A program made the translations under genes and the position numbers. Positions 1 through 11,144 of a DNA stretch of 64,000 nt are shown here, one piece after another. This DNA is from an uncultured delta proteobacterium (GTDB lineage: Bacteria > Desulfobacterota > Desulfobacteria > Desulfobacterales > B30-G6), in assembly GCA_963823335.1 (NCBI GenBank), contig CAWGLD010000008.1, positions 64,001-128,000 of the forward strand, written 5' to 3'. The notes under the pieces were generated by a model, which searched no databases, was not told the DNA's origin, and saw only the letters and a program-made list of their open reading frames with translations. How positions within the stretch are numbered: the first letter of the stretch is position 1; each line of letters opens with the position of its first letter.

Positions 1-81
1 ATCCAGGATCCTGTCGATCAGCAGAAACGGGTACCGGTGGGGCAGATAGGTCATGATTTCTCTGATATCGTAAGTTTGCAT
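1..81 (-). CDS. fabZ: 3-hydroxyacyl-ACP dehydratase FabZ, 5' part only (runs off the window)
   Basis: Manual translation [27 protein letters not shown] contains the FabZ signature [11 protein letters not shown]; lies downstream of bamA-skp. Confidence 0.92.
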   Translation of the reverse strand, partial: MQTYDIREIMTYLPHRYPFLLIDRILD

Positions 82-128
82 GGCGTTACCTCCGGTCTAT
101 TTTTCCTGCTGAGCAATGCTACCAACTT

Positions 129-686
129 CTAGTCTAACGCCTCGATATTGAAGTCGCCGCCCTTTTCAGCCAGAACATTGTTGTAGGCCTGAATCAACTC
201 ATCCGTTATGTCGATGGATGACGGTGAATAAAGGACAACAGGGTTGGAGATTATCAGAAGATACCCTCCTTTTTTACCTAACTCCTGAATAATGACGTCC
301 ACGTCCTGTTGAATCCGTTTGACCACACTGGCTTCAATTTTCTTGAGATCGTTTTCATACTTATTCTTGAGTGACTTGATATCGTTGATCTTGATACGGA
401 TATCACGTTCGCGTTCATCGCGGGTTTCCTTGCTCATCACAAGGGCTTCCCGCTCAAAATCCTCCTTCAATTTCTCGATCTCTTCCTTCTTCACGGTCAG
501 GCCGTTCTCCATCTCTCGCGCTTTCTTATTGATCTGCGCCTTGGCCAGTTTACCGGCCGATGATGTCAGCAATATTTTTTGAATATCGACCACACCGATT
601 TTTGCAACATCCGCACCCAGACAAGGGCCGGCCAGCCACAGAGAAACCAGAAAAAAAGCGAGCATCGTTGTTTTACATTTAAACAT
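129..686 (-). CDS. skp: OmpH/Skp periplasmic chaperone
   Basis: Signal peptide, KIGVVDIQKIL motif, coiled coil, DITDELI C-terminus; follows bamA; start 686 chosen from the GAGG RBS. Confidence 0.92.
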   Translation of the reverse strand: MFKCKTTMLAFFLVSLWLAGPCLGADVAKIGVVDIQKILLTSSAGKLAKAQINKKAREMENGLTVKKEEIEKLKEDFEREALVMSKETRDERERDIRIKINDIKSLKNKYENDLKKIEASVVKRIQQDVDVIIQELGKKGGYLLIISNPVVLYSPSSIDITDELIQAYNNVLAEKGGDFNIEALD

Positions 687-703
687 TTTCCACCTCACAA
701 TCA

Positions 704-3337
704 TTAAAATAATGTCCCAACAGAAAATTCCCAGCGCCCTCCGGCATCTTCATTTCCCTTGGGATCCAGTATCCATCCGTACTCCAGGCGTATGGGACCC
801 ATCGGCGAATACCATCGAACACCGAGACCATAACCCTCACGGGTATCCGTCAGATCGAACGATCTATCACCCCCATACACGTTACCCACGTCAAAAAATA
901 AAACCCCCATCAATCCAGCATCCTTGACCAGCGGGAGGATCCACTCGATATTCAATTGAACAAAGCTGCTCCCCCCGATTTCATCACCATTCTTGTCTTC
1001 TGCAGAGATGTCCTGATAGCCAAAGCCACGTATCGAAGTCATACCTCCCAGATAAAACCGTTCATAGTCAGGCAGGAAACCACTGGGGTTCTCACGCACG
1101 TACCCCCCTTTCCCATACACCATGCCGACAGTGTCAAAAAACAAGGGATAGTACCATCCTGAGCTGGCAAGATATTTTGTGAAGCCGACATCGCCACCCA
1201 AACCCGCGTATTCAATCGAAACAGTGTCGTACGACCCTTCGGTGGGGTTGAACACACGATCCCTTGAATCATATTTCAAGCTGATCGTGGTGGCACTGGT
1301 GGTATTCTCTCCCTCACTGTCCTTGACCAGGTCGGAAACATCATTATCCAAGTTTGAAATATCGCTGACGTCATAGGAATAGGACCAGAATAGCCTGGTA
1401 TATTCAGCCACTACGGTTCCCAAACGAAGACGCCCGCCCAAACTCGATTTTTCATAATCGCTATATTCTCTCTTCTGGTTATAGACATCGAATCCGGCTG
1501 AAATGGACTTGTCAAAAAGATACGGCTCCGTAAAACTTAATGAGTAGGTGCTTGATTTTGAACTGACGGTCGTTTTTAATTCCAGAACCTGACCACGCCC
1601 GAACAGGTTGTTCTGGGAGATTGCTGCCGTCAGATATCCCAGGTCGACACTGCTGTATCCGCCTCCGAACATAAAGTTGCCGGTTGGTTTTTCAATGACA
1701 TCGATTTTCAAGAGAATCTGATCATCGCTACTCCCTTCGAGGGTTTCGACCTTTACGTCTTCAAAAAATTCCAGCCGGTACAGGTTTCGAATACCTCTTT
1801 TGAGTCTTGTTCCGCTGAAAAGCTCCTGCTCGTAAACCCTGAGTTCCCGCCGGATAACCTTGTCCCGGGTCTTGTTGTTACCTGTGATGGTGATGGATTC
1901 AAAAGAGACCTTTTTGCCGCGCTTGATCACAAAGTCGATGTTGACTTCCAGCTTCTCGAAATCCTTGTCGATACGGGGATAAATATCTGCATAGGCATAC
2001 CCTTCGTCCGAATAGACATCCGAAATCGTCGTGACATCGTTTCTGACCACTTCGCGGCTGTAAAATTCCTGGGAAGTGATCTTCAGTTTTTCCATCAGTT
2101 CGATTTCGGGGAAAATAAGGTCCCCCTCAACGCGCACCTTGCCAACCTTGAACTTTGGTCCTTCATCTATTTTAATCTTGATATATATCATATCGTCTCG
2201 ATATTCAATGACGGGTTCCGCAACCTTTGCCTCTATAAAACCGCTATTCTGATAAAAACTGCGCAGTTTGATGATATCCTGGTTCAACACTTCCTTTTCC
2301 AGTTCACCCGAGGATGTCAGCCAGCTCCAGAAACCTTTCTCCTTGGTTTTGATGACTTTCATGAGTTCTTTTTTCGTATAGACAGTATTCCCTTCGTAGG
2401 TAATTTTCTCTATTTTGACTTTTTTCCCTTCTGTGATCAGAAACAGCAGATCTCCCTGATTGTTTTCCAGTTCCTTGACCTCATAGCTCACCTTTACATT
2501 ATGATAATTCTTTTCCTTGTAGAGATCTTCTATACGAATGAGGTTCTTTTGTATGGCAAAGATATTGAGTATGGATCCCGATTTGATGTTGAGGGCCTCC
2601 ATAATTTTCTTGCTGTCGAAAACAATATTGCCCTTGAATTCAACGCGACGGATGGTTGGCTTTTCCTGAACATGAAACGTGATGACCTTACCTGAGGGGA
2701 TGTCTTTGGATTCAATGCGGATGTCCTCGAAATAGCCCATGGAATAGATGGACTTCAAATCACTCGAGAGCTGGCTGGGGACATAAGCATCGCCCGGTTT
2801 TGTCTTGATGTAGCGCTCGATGGCGTCAATCTCGATGCGCTTATTACCGGCAATGACAATTTCAGCGATCTTGGAGCGTTCAAACAGTTTGAAACCAATC
2901 TCCCGGGAAACCTTCTGCACGCTCACAAGCAGATTCTCGATACCTTCGACAGTCAAAAAGAACGTACTGGTCCCAGTCACCGCAAAGGGTTCGATGACCT
3001 TCACATCCAGACTGAGATTCTGCCCGATACGGGTCAAACTGCCCCAGACAACAAAATCGAGCCCTTGTTTCAAACCGATCCGCTTGGCATCCGGTTCCCC
3101 CGACGGCGTATCCCTCCAGGCTATAATATCAGCGGGCTCGGGTTCAACGATCTCCGCCCCCTCACGTTTCAGGTCATCTTTGATCAGTTTGGAAATTTCG
3201 GTTGAGAGGTAGGACAAATCCTCCTGAGCATTGATTCGAAAGGGCAAAACAGCCACCTTTTTGGCATTCTGCGAATATACACAGGGTGGAAACAGGCAAA
3301 TGAGTGCAATACAAATCAACCAACCTCTTTTTAACAT
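704..3337 (-). CDS. bamA: Outer-membrane protein assembly factor BamA with an extra N-terminal periplasmic domain
   Basis: POTRA repeats (GNKRIE, GNNKTRDKVIRRE), barrel motifs IRGF and SPMGPIRLEYG, terminal Phe. Confidence 0.96.
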   Translation of the reverse strand: MLKRGWLICIALICLFPPCVYSQNAKKVAVLPFRINAQEDLSYLSTEISKLIKDDLKREGAEIVEPEPADIIAWRDTPSGEPDAKRIGLKQGLDFVVWGSLTRIGQNLSLDVKVIEPFAVTGTSTFFLTVEGIENLLVSVQKVSREIGFKLFERSKIAEIVIAGNKRIEIDAIERYIKTKPGDAYVPSQLSSDLKSIYSMGYFEDIRIESKDIPSGKVITFHVQEKPTIRRVEFKGNIVFDSKKIMEALNIKSGSILNIFAIQKNLIRIEDLYKEKNYHNVKVSYEVKELENNQGDLLFLITEGKKVKIEKITYEGNTVYTKKELMKVIKTKEKGFWSWLTSSGELEKEVLNQDIIKLRSFYQNSGFIEAKVAEPVIEYRDDMIYIKIKIDEGPKFKVGKVRVEGDLIFPEIELMEKLKITSQEFYSREVVRNDVTTISDVYSDEGYAYADIYPRIDKDFEKLEVNIDFVIKRGKKVSFESITITGNNKTRDKVIRRELRVYEQELFSGTRLKRGIRNLYRLEFFEDVKVETLEGSSDDQILLKIDVIEKPTGNFMFGGGYSSVDLGYLTAAISQNNLFGRGQVLELKTTVSSKSSTYSLSFTEPYLFDKSISAGFDVYNQKREYSDYEKSSLGGRLRLGTVVAEYTRLFWSYSYDVSDISNLDNDVSDLVKDSEGENTTSATTISLKYDSRDRVFNPTEGSYDTVSIEYAGLGGDVGFTKYLASSGWYYPLFFDTVGMVYGKGGYVRENPSGFLPDYERFYLGGMTSIRGFGYQDISAEDKNGDEIGGSSFVQLNIEWILPLVKDAGLMGVLFFDVGNVYGGDRSFDLTDTREGYGLGVRWYSPMGPIRLEYGWILDPKGNEDAGGRWEFSVGTLF

Positions 3338-3347
3338 AAAGGAAACC

Positions 3348-4094
3348 TCAGCACTTTTCCACAAATTGCCCGTTGGCAATCGTAACACATCGGGACATGA
3401 AAGCAGCCAGTTGCATGTTGTGCGTCACTACAACCATTGTCATTGAAAATTCCTGATTTAACTCTAAAAGCAGCTCGTGAACCTGATCGCTGTTCCGGGT
3501 GTCAAGATTCCCGGTCGGTTCGTCCGCCAGCAGAATCCGGGGTCTCATGACCAAAGCCCGTGCCAGGGCAACCCGTTGTTGTTCTCCACCGGATAGCTTT
3601 CCAACCCGGTGATGGAGCCTGTTCTTGAGCCCTGTACGTACCAGTATGGTCTCGGCCGCCTGCATGGCCTTCTCCTTGGAATACCCATGGATCAAAGCCG
3701 GCATCGATGCATTCTCCAATGCGCTGAATTCCGGGAGTAGATGGTGGAACTGGAACATGAAGCCCACGGATTTGTTTCGGAATCGTGCCAGTTTGCTGTT
3801 GTCGAACAGCAGGACGTCTTCTCCCTGAAAATATAGTTTTCCACTGTTTGGACGATCCAAGGTACCAAGGATATGCAGGAAGGTGGATTTCCCGATCCCG
3901 GAAGCGCCCACAATGGCCAACGTATCACCTTCGTCCAGTGACAAATTCACATCTCTCAGGATTTCGATGGGTGCGCCGGTATTCTGGAAAACCCTGGAAA
4001 GGTTTTGGACCTCTATAAACCGCTTCTCGAAAAGAACAGGTGTACCAGTGTTCCCTTCTGCCCTCCGCATGTTTTTGCGTCCCTCATCAACCAT
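3348..4094 (-). CDS. lolD: Lipoprotein-releasing ABC transporter ATPase
   Basis: Walker [10 protein letters not shown], signature [19 protein letters not shown]; adjacent to lolC/E. Confidence 0.93.
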   Translation of the reverse strand: MVDEGRKNMRRAEGNTGTPVLFEKRFIEVQNLSRVFQNTGAPIEILRDVNLSLDEGDTLAIVGASGIGKSTFLHILGTLDRPNSGKLYFQGEDVLLFDNSKLARFRNKSVGFMFQFHHLLPEFSALENASMPALIHGYSKEKAMQAAETILVRTGLKNRLHHRVGKLSGGEQQRVALARALVMRPRILLADEPTGNLDTRNSDQVHELLLELNQEFSMTMVVVTHNMQLAAFMSRCVTIANGQFVEKC

Positions 4095-5322
4095 AACGAA
4101 TCGCCTCGACAGGATCGAGTTTGGATGCCTGACTGGCCGGATAAAGGGTGGCCAGAAAACAGATCACCAGCGCGGAAAAGGCAATGATGACGACATCCAT
4201 GATATCCAGCTTGACCGGCAGGGTCGTCAGATAATAGACATCCCCCGGAAGTTCGATGAATTTGTATTTTTCCAAAAGCCCGCACAGGATAAACCCGATG
4301 CCGGTTCCTAAAAAGGTACCGATGGCACCGATGATCATGCCGTTGAAAACAAATATTTTTCGAATAGATTTATTCGTGGCCCCCATTGCCTTCAAGATAG
4401 CGATATCTTTTGTTTTTTCCATCACCATCATTATCAGGGTACTGGCGATATTAAAGGCTGCCACCATGATTATCAGGGCCAGAATTATGAACATCACTGT
4501 TTTTTCCAGCTTCAGGGCCGAAAACAGATTGTGGTTCATCTGCATCCAGTCCCGGACCCAAAAAGGATATCCGAGTTTTTCGACAATCTTTTTTGAAATT
4601 TCCCTGGCCTTGTAAATATTGAATACCCGTGCCTCGATACCGCTTATGGCATCCCCCATCCGGAGCATCTTCTGTGCTTCCTCGATGCGGACATAGGCCA
4701 TGGAACCATCGTATTCATACATGCCGGTTTCAAAATAGCCCAGAACCTTGAAGCGACGCATGGCCGGTACATGCCCGATGGGAGAAATCATTCCCCGGGG
4801 CGTTATGATATAGACACTGTCCCCTTTCAGAACATGCAGGCTCCGAGCCAGTTCTTTTCCGAGAATGATTCCCGGACTGACGGCATCACTGTCGGTGGCT
4901 GTCTTCGGTTCCGGGGTCGATTTCAAGGCTTCCGGGCTGACCCCTTTGATGACCGAACCTGCCGTTTCAGGATCAATTCCTCTCAAAACAGCCCCGGACA
5001 CGCCATTAGCCGAGCGCAGCATCACCTGGGAAAAGATGAACGGTGTCACCGCCTCAATACCCTCTGTATCCTGAATCGTATCCAGAACCTCCCGGTAATT
5101 GTTGAAGGATCCCGCTTGATGCATGAGCACGATATGAGATTCGATACCCAGGATGCGGGATTTCAGATCATCTTCGAATCCAGACATCACCGCAATCACG
5201 ACGATCAGAGCCATGACGCCGATCGTGACGCCCGCTATGGAAAGAATCGTAATCATCGATATAAAAGACTGTTTTTGCTTGGCTTTTAAATACCGACGAC
5301 CTATAAAATACTCAAAAGACAT
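4087..5322 (-). CDS. lolC: Lipoprotein-releasing ABC transporter permease LolC/E
   Basis: FIGRRYL N-terminus, [38 protein letters not shown]. Confidence 0.92.
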   Translation of the reverse strand: MSFEYFIGRRYLKAKQKQSFISMITILSIAGVTIGVMALIVVIAVMSGFEDDLKSRILGIESHIVLMHQAGSFNNYREVLDTIQDTEGIEAVTPFIFSQVMLRSANGVSGAVLRGIDPETAGSVIKGVSPEALKSTPEPKTATDSDAVSPGIILGKELARSLHVLKGDSVYIITPRGMISPIGHVPAMRRFKVLGYFETGMYEYDGSMAYVRIEEAQKMLRMGDAISGIEARVFNIYKAREISKKIVEKLGYPFWVRDWMQMNHNLFSALKLEKTVMFIILALIIMVAAFNIASTLIMMVMEKTKDIAILKAMGATNKSIRKIFVFNGMIIGAIGTFLGTGIGFILCGLLEKYKFIELPGDVYYLTTLPVKLDIMDVVIIAFSALVICFLATLYPASQASKLDPVEAIRYG

Positions 5323-5465
5323 ATTCTTGTTTCTCGCCCTTGATCAATTGAAGAACCGCGTGCCAAGCACGCGGTTTGTAAAATAATCAACGTCCCATCA
5401 GGAAATATTGACCGGGATGGAACCGATTGCTGAACAGGTTGAGCTACCCCATTTCATATGAGGTG

Positions 5466-6782
5466 TCAAGCTCTATGCCGAATCTCATGCTCGGCAAGCA
5501 TTTTCAGCCTGAAATGAACCGATGTTCCCTGATTCTTGATACTCTCGACATCCAGCCGGCTGCCATAGTACTCCAGTATACGGTAGACGATGGACAGTCC
5601 CAGACCGGTCCCGCTGTGCTTGGTGGTATAAAAAGGATCGAAGATGGCATCGACGTTCTCCGGCGGAATCCCTTCGCCATTGTCGGTAAGAACGATTTGT
5701 ACCCACCTGTTTTTTTGACTGACCATCTGGACGGTAATCTGACCTTCGCCTTTTATGGCTTCCGCGGCATTGAGAAGCAGGTTCCACAAAATCTGACGCA
5801 GATGAATCGGATCCACCTCCACAAATATGTCAGGAATCAGCTTGCGCTGGATAGTGAGGTTCCCCTGGATAGCACTGTTTTTCTGGAACAGTTCCAGAAT
5901 TTCGGAAATGGCCTCATCCAGCCGGATACTTTCCCGCTTGCCTGCCGGTGGTTTGGCGAACAAAAGAAAATCACTCACAAGCGATGTCAGGCGATCGGTC
6001 TCCCGCAAAACAATGCGCATGAGGTTATCGCGTTCAGGATCGTAGCGAGTATCTTCCCGCAGCACCTGGATAGATCCGGATAGAGATGCCAGGGGATTTT
6101 TAATTTCATGTGCCAGACCCGCCGCCATTTCACCCAAAGAGGCCATTTTTTCCATGCGCTTTACATGCTCCGACATGCGTTGAAGCTCGTTTCTGGAGCG
6201 CCGGGTCTGTTCCGAAAGAAAACCGCTTAAAAAAGCAACGGCATAGCATGCCACCGCTGTGATCATCACCTTGTAGAGAACCCGTAGCCAGCCGAATTCA
6301 TGTATCAGGGGACTGATATCCATGCCATAGGGCTGAATAAAGCCGTAGTATTCGAGACTGATCAGGATGGCGTACTGAAGACTGCACAGGCCGGCCATGA
6401 CCATACTTCCCTTTAAAAAAAGCAGGACACTCGAATAGATGATAACCACCAGATAGAGAAATGAAAAAAAACTGAGGAAGCATCCGGTTACGAGAACAAT
6501 CAATGTCACCACAAGGGTATCGATACCGATCTGAAAATACGTGAATACCACCTTGTGCTGAATTCTGGATATCGCTACCAAGTAGAAGAAAGATAAGATG
6601 AAAATAGAGCCTATCAGTCCATATAGAAACAGGAGGGGCGGTGCCAGCAGAGAAACGTTCTCATTGAGTTGTAGAACGATGGTAGAGCCCAGTAAAATGG
6701 ACGTAAAAACAAGCCGAAAGAACATCAGTAGCTTGAGCTTTTGTTCGAGATCTCTTTCGGTTGACATGGAGATGTTTTTCAT
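5466..6782 (-). CDS. pilS: PilS-like membrane sensor histidine kinase
   Basis: About 6 TM helices at the N-terminus, H-box AHEIKNPL, N-box NLLLNA, G-boxes DNGEG and GTGLGL; directly after pilC. Confidence 0.8.
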   Translation of the reverse strand: MKNISMSTERDLEQKLKLLMFFRLVFTSILLGSTIVLQLNENVSLLAPPLLFLYGLIGSIFILSFFYLVAISRIQHKVVFTYFQIGIDTLVVTLIVLVTGCFLSFFSFLYLVVIIYSSVLLFLKGSMVMAGLCSLQYAILISLEYYGFIQPYGMDISPLIHEFGWLRVLYKVMITAVACYAVAFLSGFLSEQTRRSRNELQRMSEHVKRMEKMASLGEMAAGLAHEIKNPLASLSGSIQVLREDTRYDPERDNLMRIVLRETDRLTSLVSDFLLFAKPPAGKRESIRLDEAISEILELFQKNSAIQGNLTIQRKLIPDIFVEVDPIHLRQILWNLLLNAAEAIKGEGQITVQMVSQKNRWVQIVLTDNGEGIPPENVDAIFDPFYTTKHSGTGLGLSIVYRILEYYGSRLDVESIKNQGTSVHFRLKMLAEHEIRHRA

Positions 6783-6873
6783 GAAAGTTGAACCACAACA
6801 GCGAGCACCAACCCAGTGGCTTGCCACAGAGTCAGCGAGCAAATCTGAATCGGATGGAATTCCTTACGGTCGC

Positions 6874-6936
6874 TGCGAAGTACTACCACACGGCTGAACA
6901 TTCCCCATGGGTTCTGCCGTGTGGTAGTGCTTCGCA
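6874..6936. repeat. Long inverted repeat (26-bp arms) between pilC and pilS
   Basis: TGCGAAGTACTACCACACGGCTGAAC ... GTTCTGCCGTGTGGTAGTGCTTCGCA. Confidence 0.8.
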
Positions 6937-6949
6937 TCCTGTATGGTGT

Positions 6950-8161
6950 TTATCCTGAAATAGCCCCGGCCATTTTAAATACCGGGAGATACATGGCGAC
7001 CACCAGACCGCCGATCACCGTTCCTAGAAACACCATCATAAAAGGTTCTATCATGGCGGTCAGATTTTCTACGGCCTGATCAACCTCATCATCGTAAAAA
7101 TCCGCGATCTTGACCAGCATGGCATCCAGAGCACCGGTGGACTCACCCACCGCAATCATCGAACAGACCATGGAAGGGAAAACGCCACTATCCGCGAGCG
7201 GATCCGCCATGGTACGGCCTTCTGCAATCCCTGATCGAACACTGTATATCGCCCGCTCAATGATTTTATTGCCTGCAGTCTTGGCAACAATATCGAGGGC
7301 TTCTAAAATAGCAACACCGCTGGACAACATGGTGCCCATGGTCCGGGTGAATTTTGCCACCGCAACCTTTCGCAACAGAGTACCGATGACGGGCATTTTT
7401 AACGCTGCCGCATCCACCGTCAATCGCCCCTTGGCGGTTTTTTTATAACGGCTAAAGGCATAAGAAAAGATCACCGCTCCAATGATAAGGTACAGAACAT
7501 TATCCTTCGCGAAATCACTCATGGCAACGACAATCTTCGTGGGTACCGGAAGCTCACCACCCAACCCTTCGAACATTTCCTGAAATACCGGAATAACGAA
7601 AACAAGGATAACGCCGACGACCAGGATCGCGACGATGATCGTAATAATGGGATATGTCATGGCGCCCTTGACCTGGGCCTTCAGTTTGGCAGTCTTTTCC
7701 ATATAAGCGGAAAGACGTCGCAGAATCGTGTCTAGGATACCGCCCGCTTCCCCAGCGGCCACCATGTTGACAAAGAGATCATCGAACTGCTTGGGATATT
7801 TTCGCAGCGCCTCGGCAAGCGTCTGGCCGCCTTCCACCGACTCCTTGATGTCCTTGAGCATATTCTTGAACGTTTTGTTTTCCTGCTGGGAATAAAGAAT
7901 GTCGATACACTGGATGATGGGAAGCCCGGCATCGATCATGGTGGAAAACTGCCGGCTGAAGATAATGATGTCCTGTTCTTTTACCGGTGGTTGAAGAAAC
8001 GCCACATTTTCGAACAAGTCTTTTGGTTTTTTCTTGATTTTTGTGGGTGTTATCCTTAGTTTTGCCAGATGCTTTCTAACAGCATCCTCACCGGCAAGGT
8101 CGATTTCCCCTTTTTGCACTTCATTGCTTCTATTTTTACCTACCCACTGATAAACAGGCAT
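6950..8161 (-). CDS. pilC: Type IV pilus inner-membrane platform protein PilC (T2SS F family)
   Basis: FSRQFSTMIDAGLPI, AGEAGGILD, VGESTGALDAML, AMYLPVF. Confidence 0.95.
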   Translation of the reverse strand: MPVYQWVGKNRSNEVQKGEIDLAGEDAVRKHLAKLRITPTKIKKKPKDLFENVAFLQPPVKEQDIIIFSRQFSTMIDAGLPIIQCIDILYSQQENKTFKNMLKDIKESVEGGQTLAEALRKYPKQFDDLFVNMVAAGEAGGILDTILRRLSAYMEKTAKLKAQVKGAMTYPIITIIVAILVVGVILVFVIPVFQEMFEGLGGELPVPTKIVVAMSDFAKDNVLYLIIGAVIFSYAFSRYKKTAKGRLTVDAAALKMPVIGTLLRKVAVAKFTRTMGTMLSSGVAILEALDIVAKTAGNKIIERAIYSVRSGIAEGRTMADPLADSGVFPSMVCSMIAVGESTGALDAMLVKIADFYDDEVDQAVENLTAMIEPFMMVFLGTVIGGLVVAMYLPVFKMAGAISG

Positions 8162-8492
8162 AATCCTTCTCCCTTGTCAGGAACCCGCTGGTAAAACCAC
8201 ACCACAGGGCTTAGGCCGAATGTAATGGTGATATCATCCCGTTTGTGTCATTTTTTAAGCCTTTATTACTATCACACTATCACTGAAACAACAATAGTTT
8301 TCGGAATTCATGACAAATACCATTGTGACCTTTCCCGTATTCAGGCACGGCCAGTTTCACAGGCCGGAACGGCACGGTTTAAAAAAGTCGGCCACCGATC
8401 TTTATCTTGATTATCACAGGCGCTTGTGTGTATGTTTCACGCATATCATCATATCTACAGTTATTAAGAAGCGTTATAATGAGGCTAACGGC

Positions 8493-11144
8493 ATGACCGA
8501 CCCAAAAAGAACAACGGTTATCACTTCCCACATCAATGCCGATTTCGATGCCCTGGCCTCCATGCTGGCTGCCCAAAAGCTTTATCCGGACTCCCTGGTT
8601 GTCTTTCCAGGTTCCCAGGAAAAAAACCTGAGAAATTTCTTTATCCAATCGATGGTCTATCTTCTGAATATCATCAATGTCAAAGAAATCGATGTTTCCA
8701 AAATCGGGCGTCTCGTCCTCGTCGATACCAGGCAGCCCCATCGGATCGGCAAGTTTGAATCCATTTTGAACAACCCCGACCTGGAGATTCATATTTACGA
8801 CCACCACCCTCCCATGGAAAACGACATCGAGGGGCAGGTAATGGTCCAGGAACCTGTCGGTGCCACCGTGACCCTGCTGACAGAAATTCTGAACAGCAAA
8901 AACATTGACATTACCCCCGATGAGGCCACGATCATGTGCCTCGGCATCTACGAAGACACGGGCTCCTTCACATTTCCATCCACCACTGAAAAAGATTTCA
9001 GGGCCGCTGCTTTTCTCTTGTCCAAGGGCGCCAACCTCAACATGATTTCCAACCTCATATCGCGAGAAATCAGCCCTGAGCAGGTGGCCATCCTGAACGA
9101 TATGATCCAGGCATCCAATAGCTATCATGTCAACGGTATCGAGGTCGTATTTACCAGCATAACAACCGATCAGTATGTACCCGACTTTGCTTTTCTGGTT
9201 CATAAAATGGTCAAAATGGAAGATATCGACGCTATCTTTGCCATCGCACAAATGGAAAACAAGGTCTATATCGTGGCTCGAAGCAGAATACCGGAAATCG
9301 ATGTGGGGGATATTGTCACCAGTCTGGGAGGGGGGGGGCACACATATGCTGCGTCGGCATCCATCAAAGGCAAAACCACTACTCAGGTTGAGCAGACCCT
9401 GTTGGAATTGTTGTATGACAAGATCAAATCCAGGCGTCTGGCCAAGCATCTCATGTCTTCACCACCCATCATGATCGATGAAGAAGTCTCCTGCCGGGAG
9501 GCTGCTGAACTGCTGACACGTTACAATATCAACGCCCTGCTCGTCACGCAAAATGAAAACCGCGTCTTATCAGGAATCATATCGCGCCAGGTCATCGAAA
9601 AAGCACTTTTTCATAAACTGCACGACGTACCTGTGCGCGAATACATGACCACGGAGATGGTGTCTGTACCACCGACGGCCGATATTCTGGAAATTCAGGA
9701 AAATATTATCGAGAGCAAACAGCGGATCCTGCCGGTCATCGACCAGGGAATTGTCGTCGGTGTTGTAACCCGAACCGACCTCCTGAACGTCCTGGTCAGC
9801 CAGCAGAAGGTTGACGACAGGTCCACCATGCGACAAAGCCAGAAACAGATCCGTGCCAGGAAACGGAACATCCTGAATTTCATGAAGGAGCGCCTCTCTA
9901 ATAAACTTCTGGATATATTGAAGAACATCGGCCAGGTGGCGGATAAAATCGATTGTGCCGCATATGTTGTCGGGGGGTTTGTCCGTGACCTCTTCCTGTA
10001 CCGTCCCAATGAAGATATCGACATCGTTATCGAAGGCGACGGCATCGCCTTCGCCAAAAAATATGCGGCCGGAGTCGGGGCACGAATTCACGCTTATGCA
10101 AAATTCGGTACCGCCGTTATCATCTTCCCGGACGGATTCAAGATCGATGTCGCCTCTGCAAGACTGGAATACTACAAGTTTCCGGCGGCCTTGCCCATCG
10201 TGGAAATGAGTTCCATTCGGCTGGACCTGTTCCGCAGGGATTTTACCATGAACACACTGGCGATTCAGCTGAACAAAGATAAATTCAGCACTCTCATCGA
10301 CTTTTTCTCTGCCCAAAGAGATATCAAGGAAAAGGTTATCCGGGTGCTCCACAATCTCAGTTTTGTCGAAGATCCCACGCGGGTATTCCGTGCGCTCCGC
10401 TTTGAACAACGCTTCGGATTTACCATTGGCAAGCTCACCGCGGGGCTGATCGAAAACGCAGTCAAAATGGACTTTTTCGAGCGGCTCAGCGGCCGGCGGA
10501 TCTTTACGGAAATACGACTGCTCCTGCAAGAAGAAAACCCGACCCCCGCCATTGTACGACTCCAAGACTATCAACTCCTGCAGGTGATCCACCCCTCTGT
10601 TGAGTTAGACAATAACTTGATTTCATTGCTAAATTCAACAAGGGAAGTCCTGGCATGGCATGATTTGCTTTTTCTGGAGGAATCCTATATTAAGTGGGCC
10701 ATTTATTTTATGGTACTTGTCCGGCACTGTGATCTGCAAACGACCCTGGAAATATGCGATCGGCTGGAACTGGCACCCCGTTACAGAAAAATTTTGCTCA
10801 AAGACCGTTTCACGGCTGAGTCCATCCTGAACCGGATGGAAAGAAATCTGCCGCAAGACGATAGTTCGCTGAATAAACAATTGGTCGGTATGAGCATTGA
10901 AATGATCCTCTACATGATGGTCTGCGCCCGAAGCCGCCGCGTAAAACGGGCTATTTCGCATTATGTAACAAAACTGAGACATGTCACCATATCGGTGACC
11001 GGAAAAGACCTCATGGAGCGAGACCTGAAGCCGGGACCCGTGTACCGGGATATAATGCAGGCGGTCTTGGAAGCAAAGCTCAATGGGTTACTTCAGACGC
11101 GGGAAGACGAACTTGCGTTTGTCGAACAATATATATCAAAATAA
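8493..11144 (+). CDS. tRNA nucleotidyltransferase (CCA/A-adding) with N-terminal DHH-DHHA1 and CBS domains
   Basis: HINADFD, DHH and GGGGH (DHH/DHHA1); CBS pair; VGGFVRD..DIDIV, DLFRRDFTMN, EDPTRVFRALRF. Confidence 0.9.
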   Translation: MTDPKRTTVITSHINADFDALASMLAAQKLYPDSLVVFPGSQEKNLRNFFIQSMVYLLNIINVKEIDVSKIGRLVLVDTRQPHRIGKFESILNNPDLEIHIYDHHPPMENDIEGQVMVQEPVGATVTLLTEILNSKNIDITPDEATIMCLGIYEDTGSFTFPSTTEKDFRAAAFLLSKGANLNMISNLISREISPEQVAILNDMIQASNSYHVNGIEVVFTSITTDQYVPDFAFLVHKMVKMEDIDAIFAIAQMENKVYIVARSRIPEIDVGDIVTSLGGGGHTYAASASIKGKTTTQVEQTLLELLYDKIKSRRLAKHLMSSPPIMIDEEVSCREAAELLTRYNINALLVTQNENRVLSGIISRQVIEKALFHKLHDVPVREYMTTEMVSVPPTADILEIQENIIESKQRILPVIDQGIVVGVVTRTDLLNVLVSQQKVDDRSTMRQSQKQIRARKRNILNFMKERLSNKLLDILKNIGQVADKIDCAAYVVGGFVRDLFLYRPNEDIDIVIEGDGIAFAKKYAAGVGARIHAYAKFGTAVIIFPDGFKIDVASARLEYYKFPAALPIVEMSSIRLDLFRRDFTMNTLAIQLNKDKFSTLIDFFSAQRDIKEKVIRVLHNLSFVEDPTRVFRALRFEQRFGFTIGKLTAGLIENAVKMDFFERLSGRRIFTEIRLLLQEENPTPAIVRLQDYQLLQVIHPSVELDNNLISLLNSTREVLAWHDLLFLEESYIKWAIYFMVLVRHCDLQTTLEICDRLELAPRYRKILLKDRFTAESILNRMERNLPQDDSSLNKQLVGMSIEMILYMMVCARSRRVKRAISHYVTKLRHVTISVTGKDLMERDLKPGPVYRDIMQAVLEAKLNGLLQTREDELAFVEQYISK

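Noticed and set aside
704-3337. Extra N-terminal domain on BamA and the DHH-CBS fusion on the tRNA nucleotidyltransferase as novelties
   Set aside because: Both architectures are, to my knowledge, already common in deltaproteobacteria.
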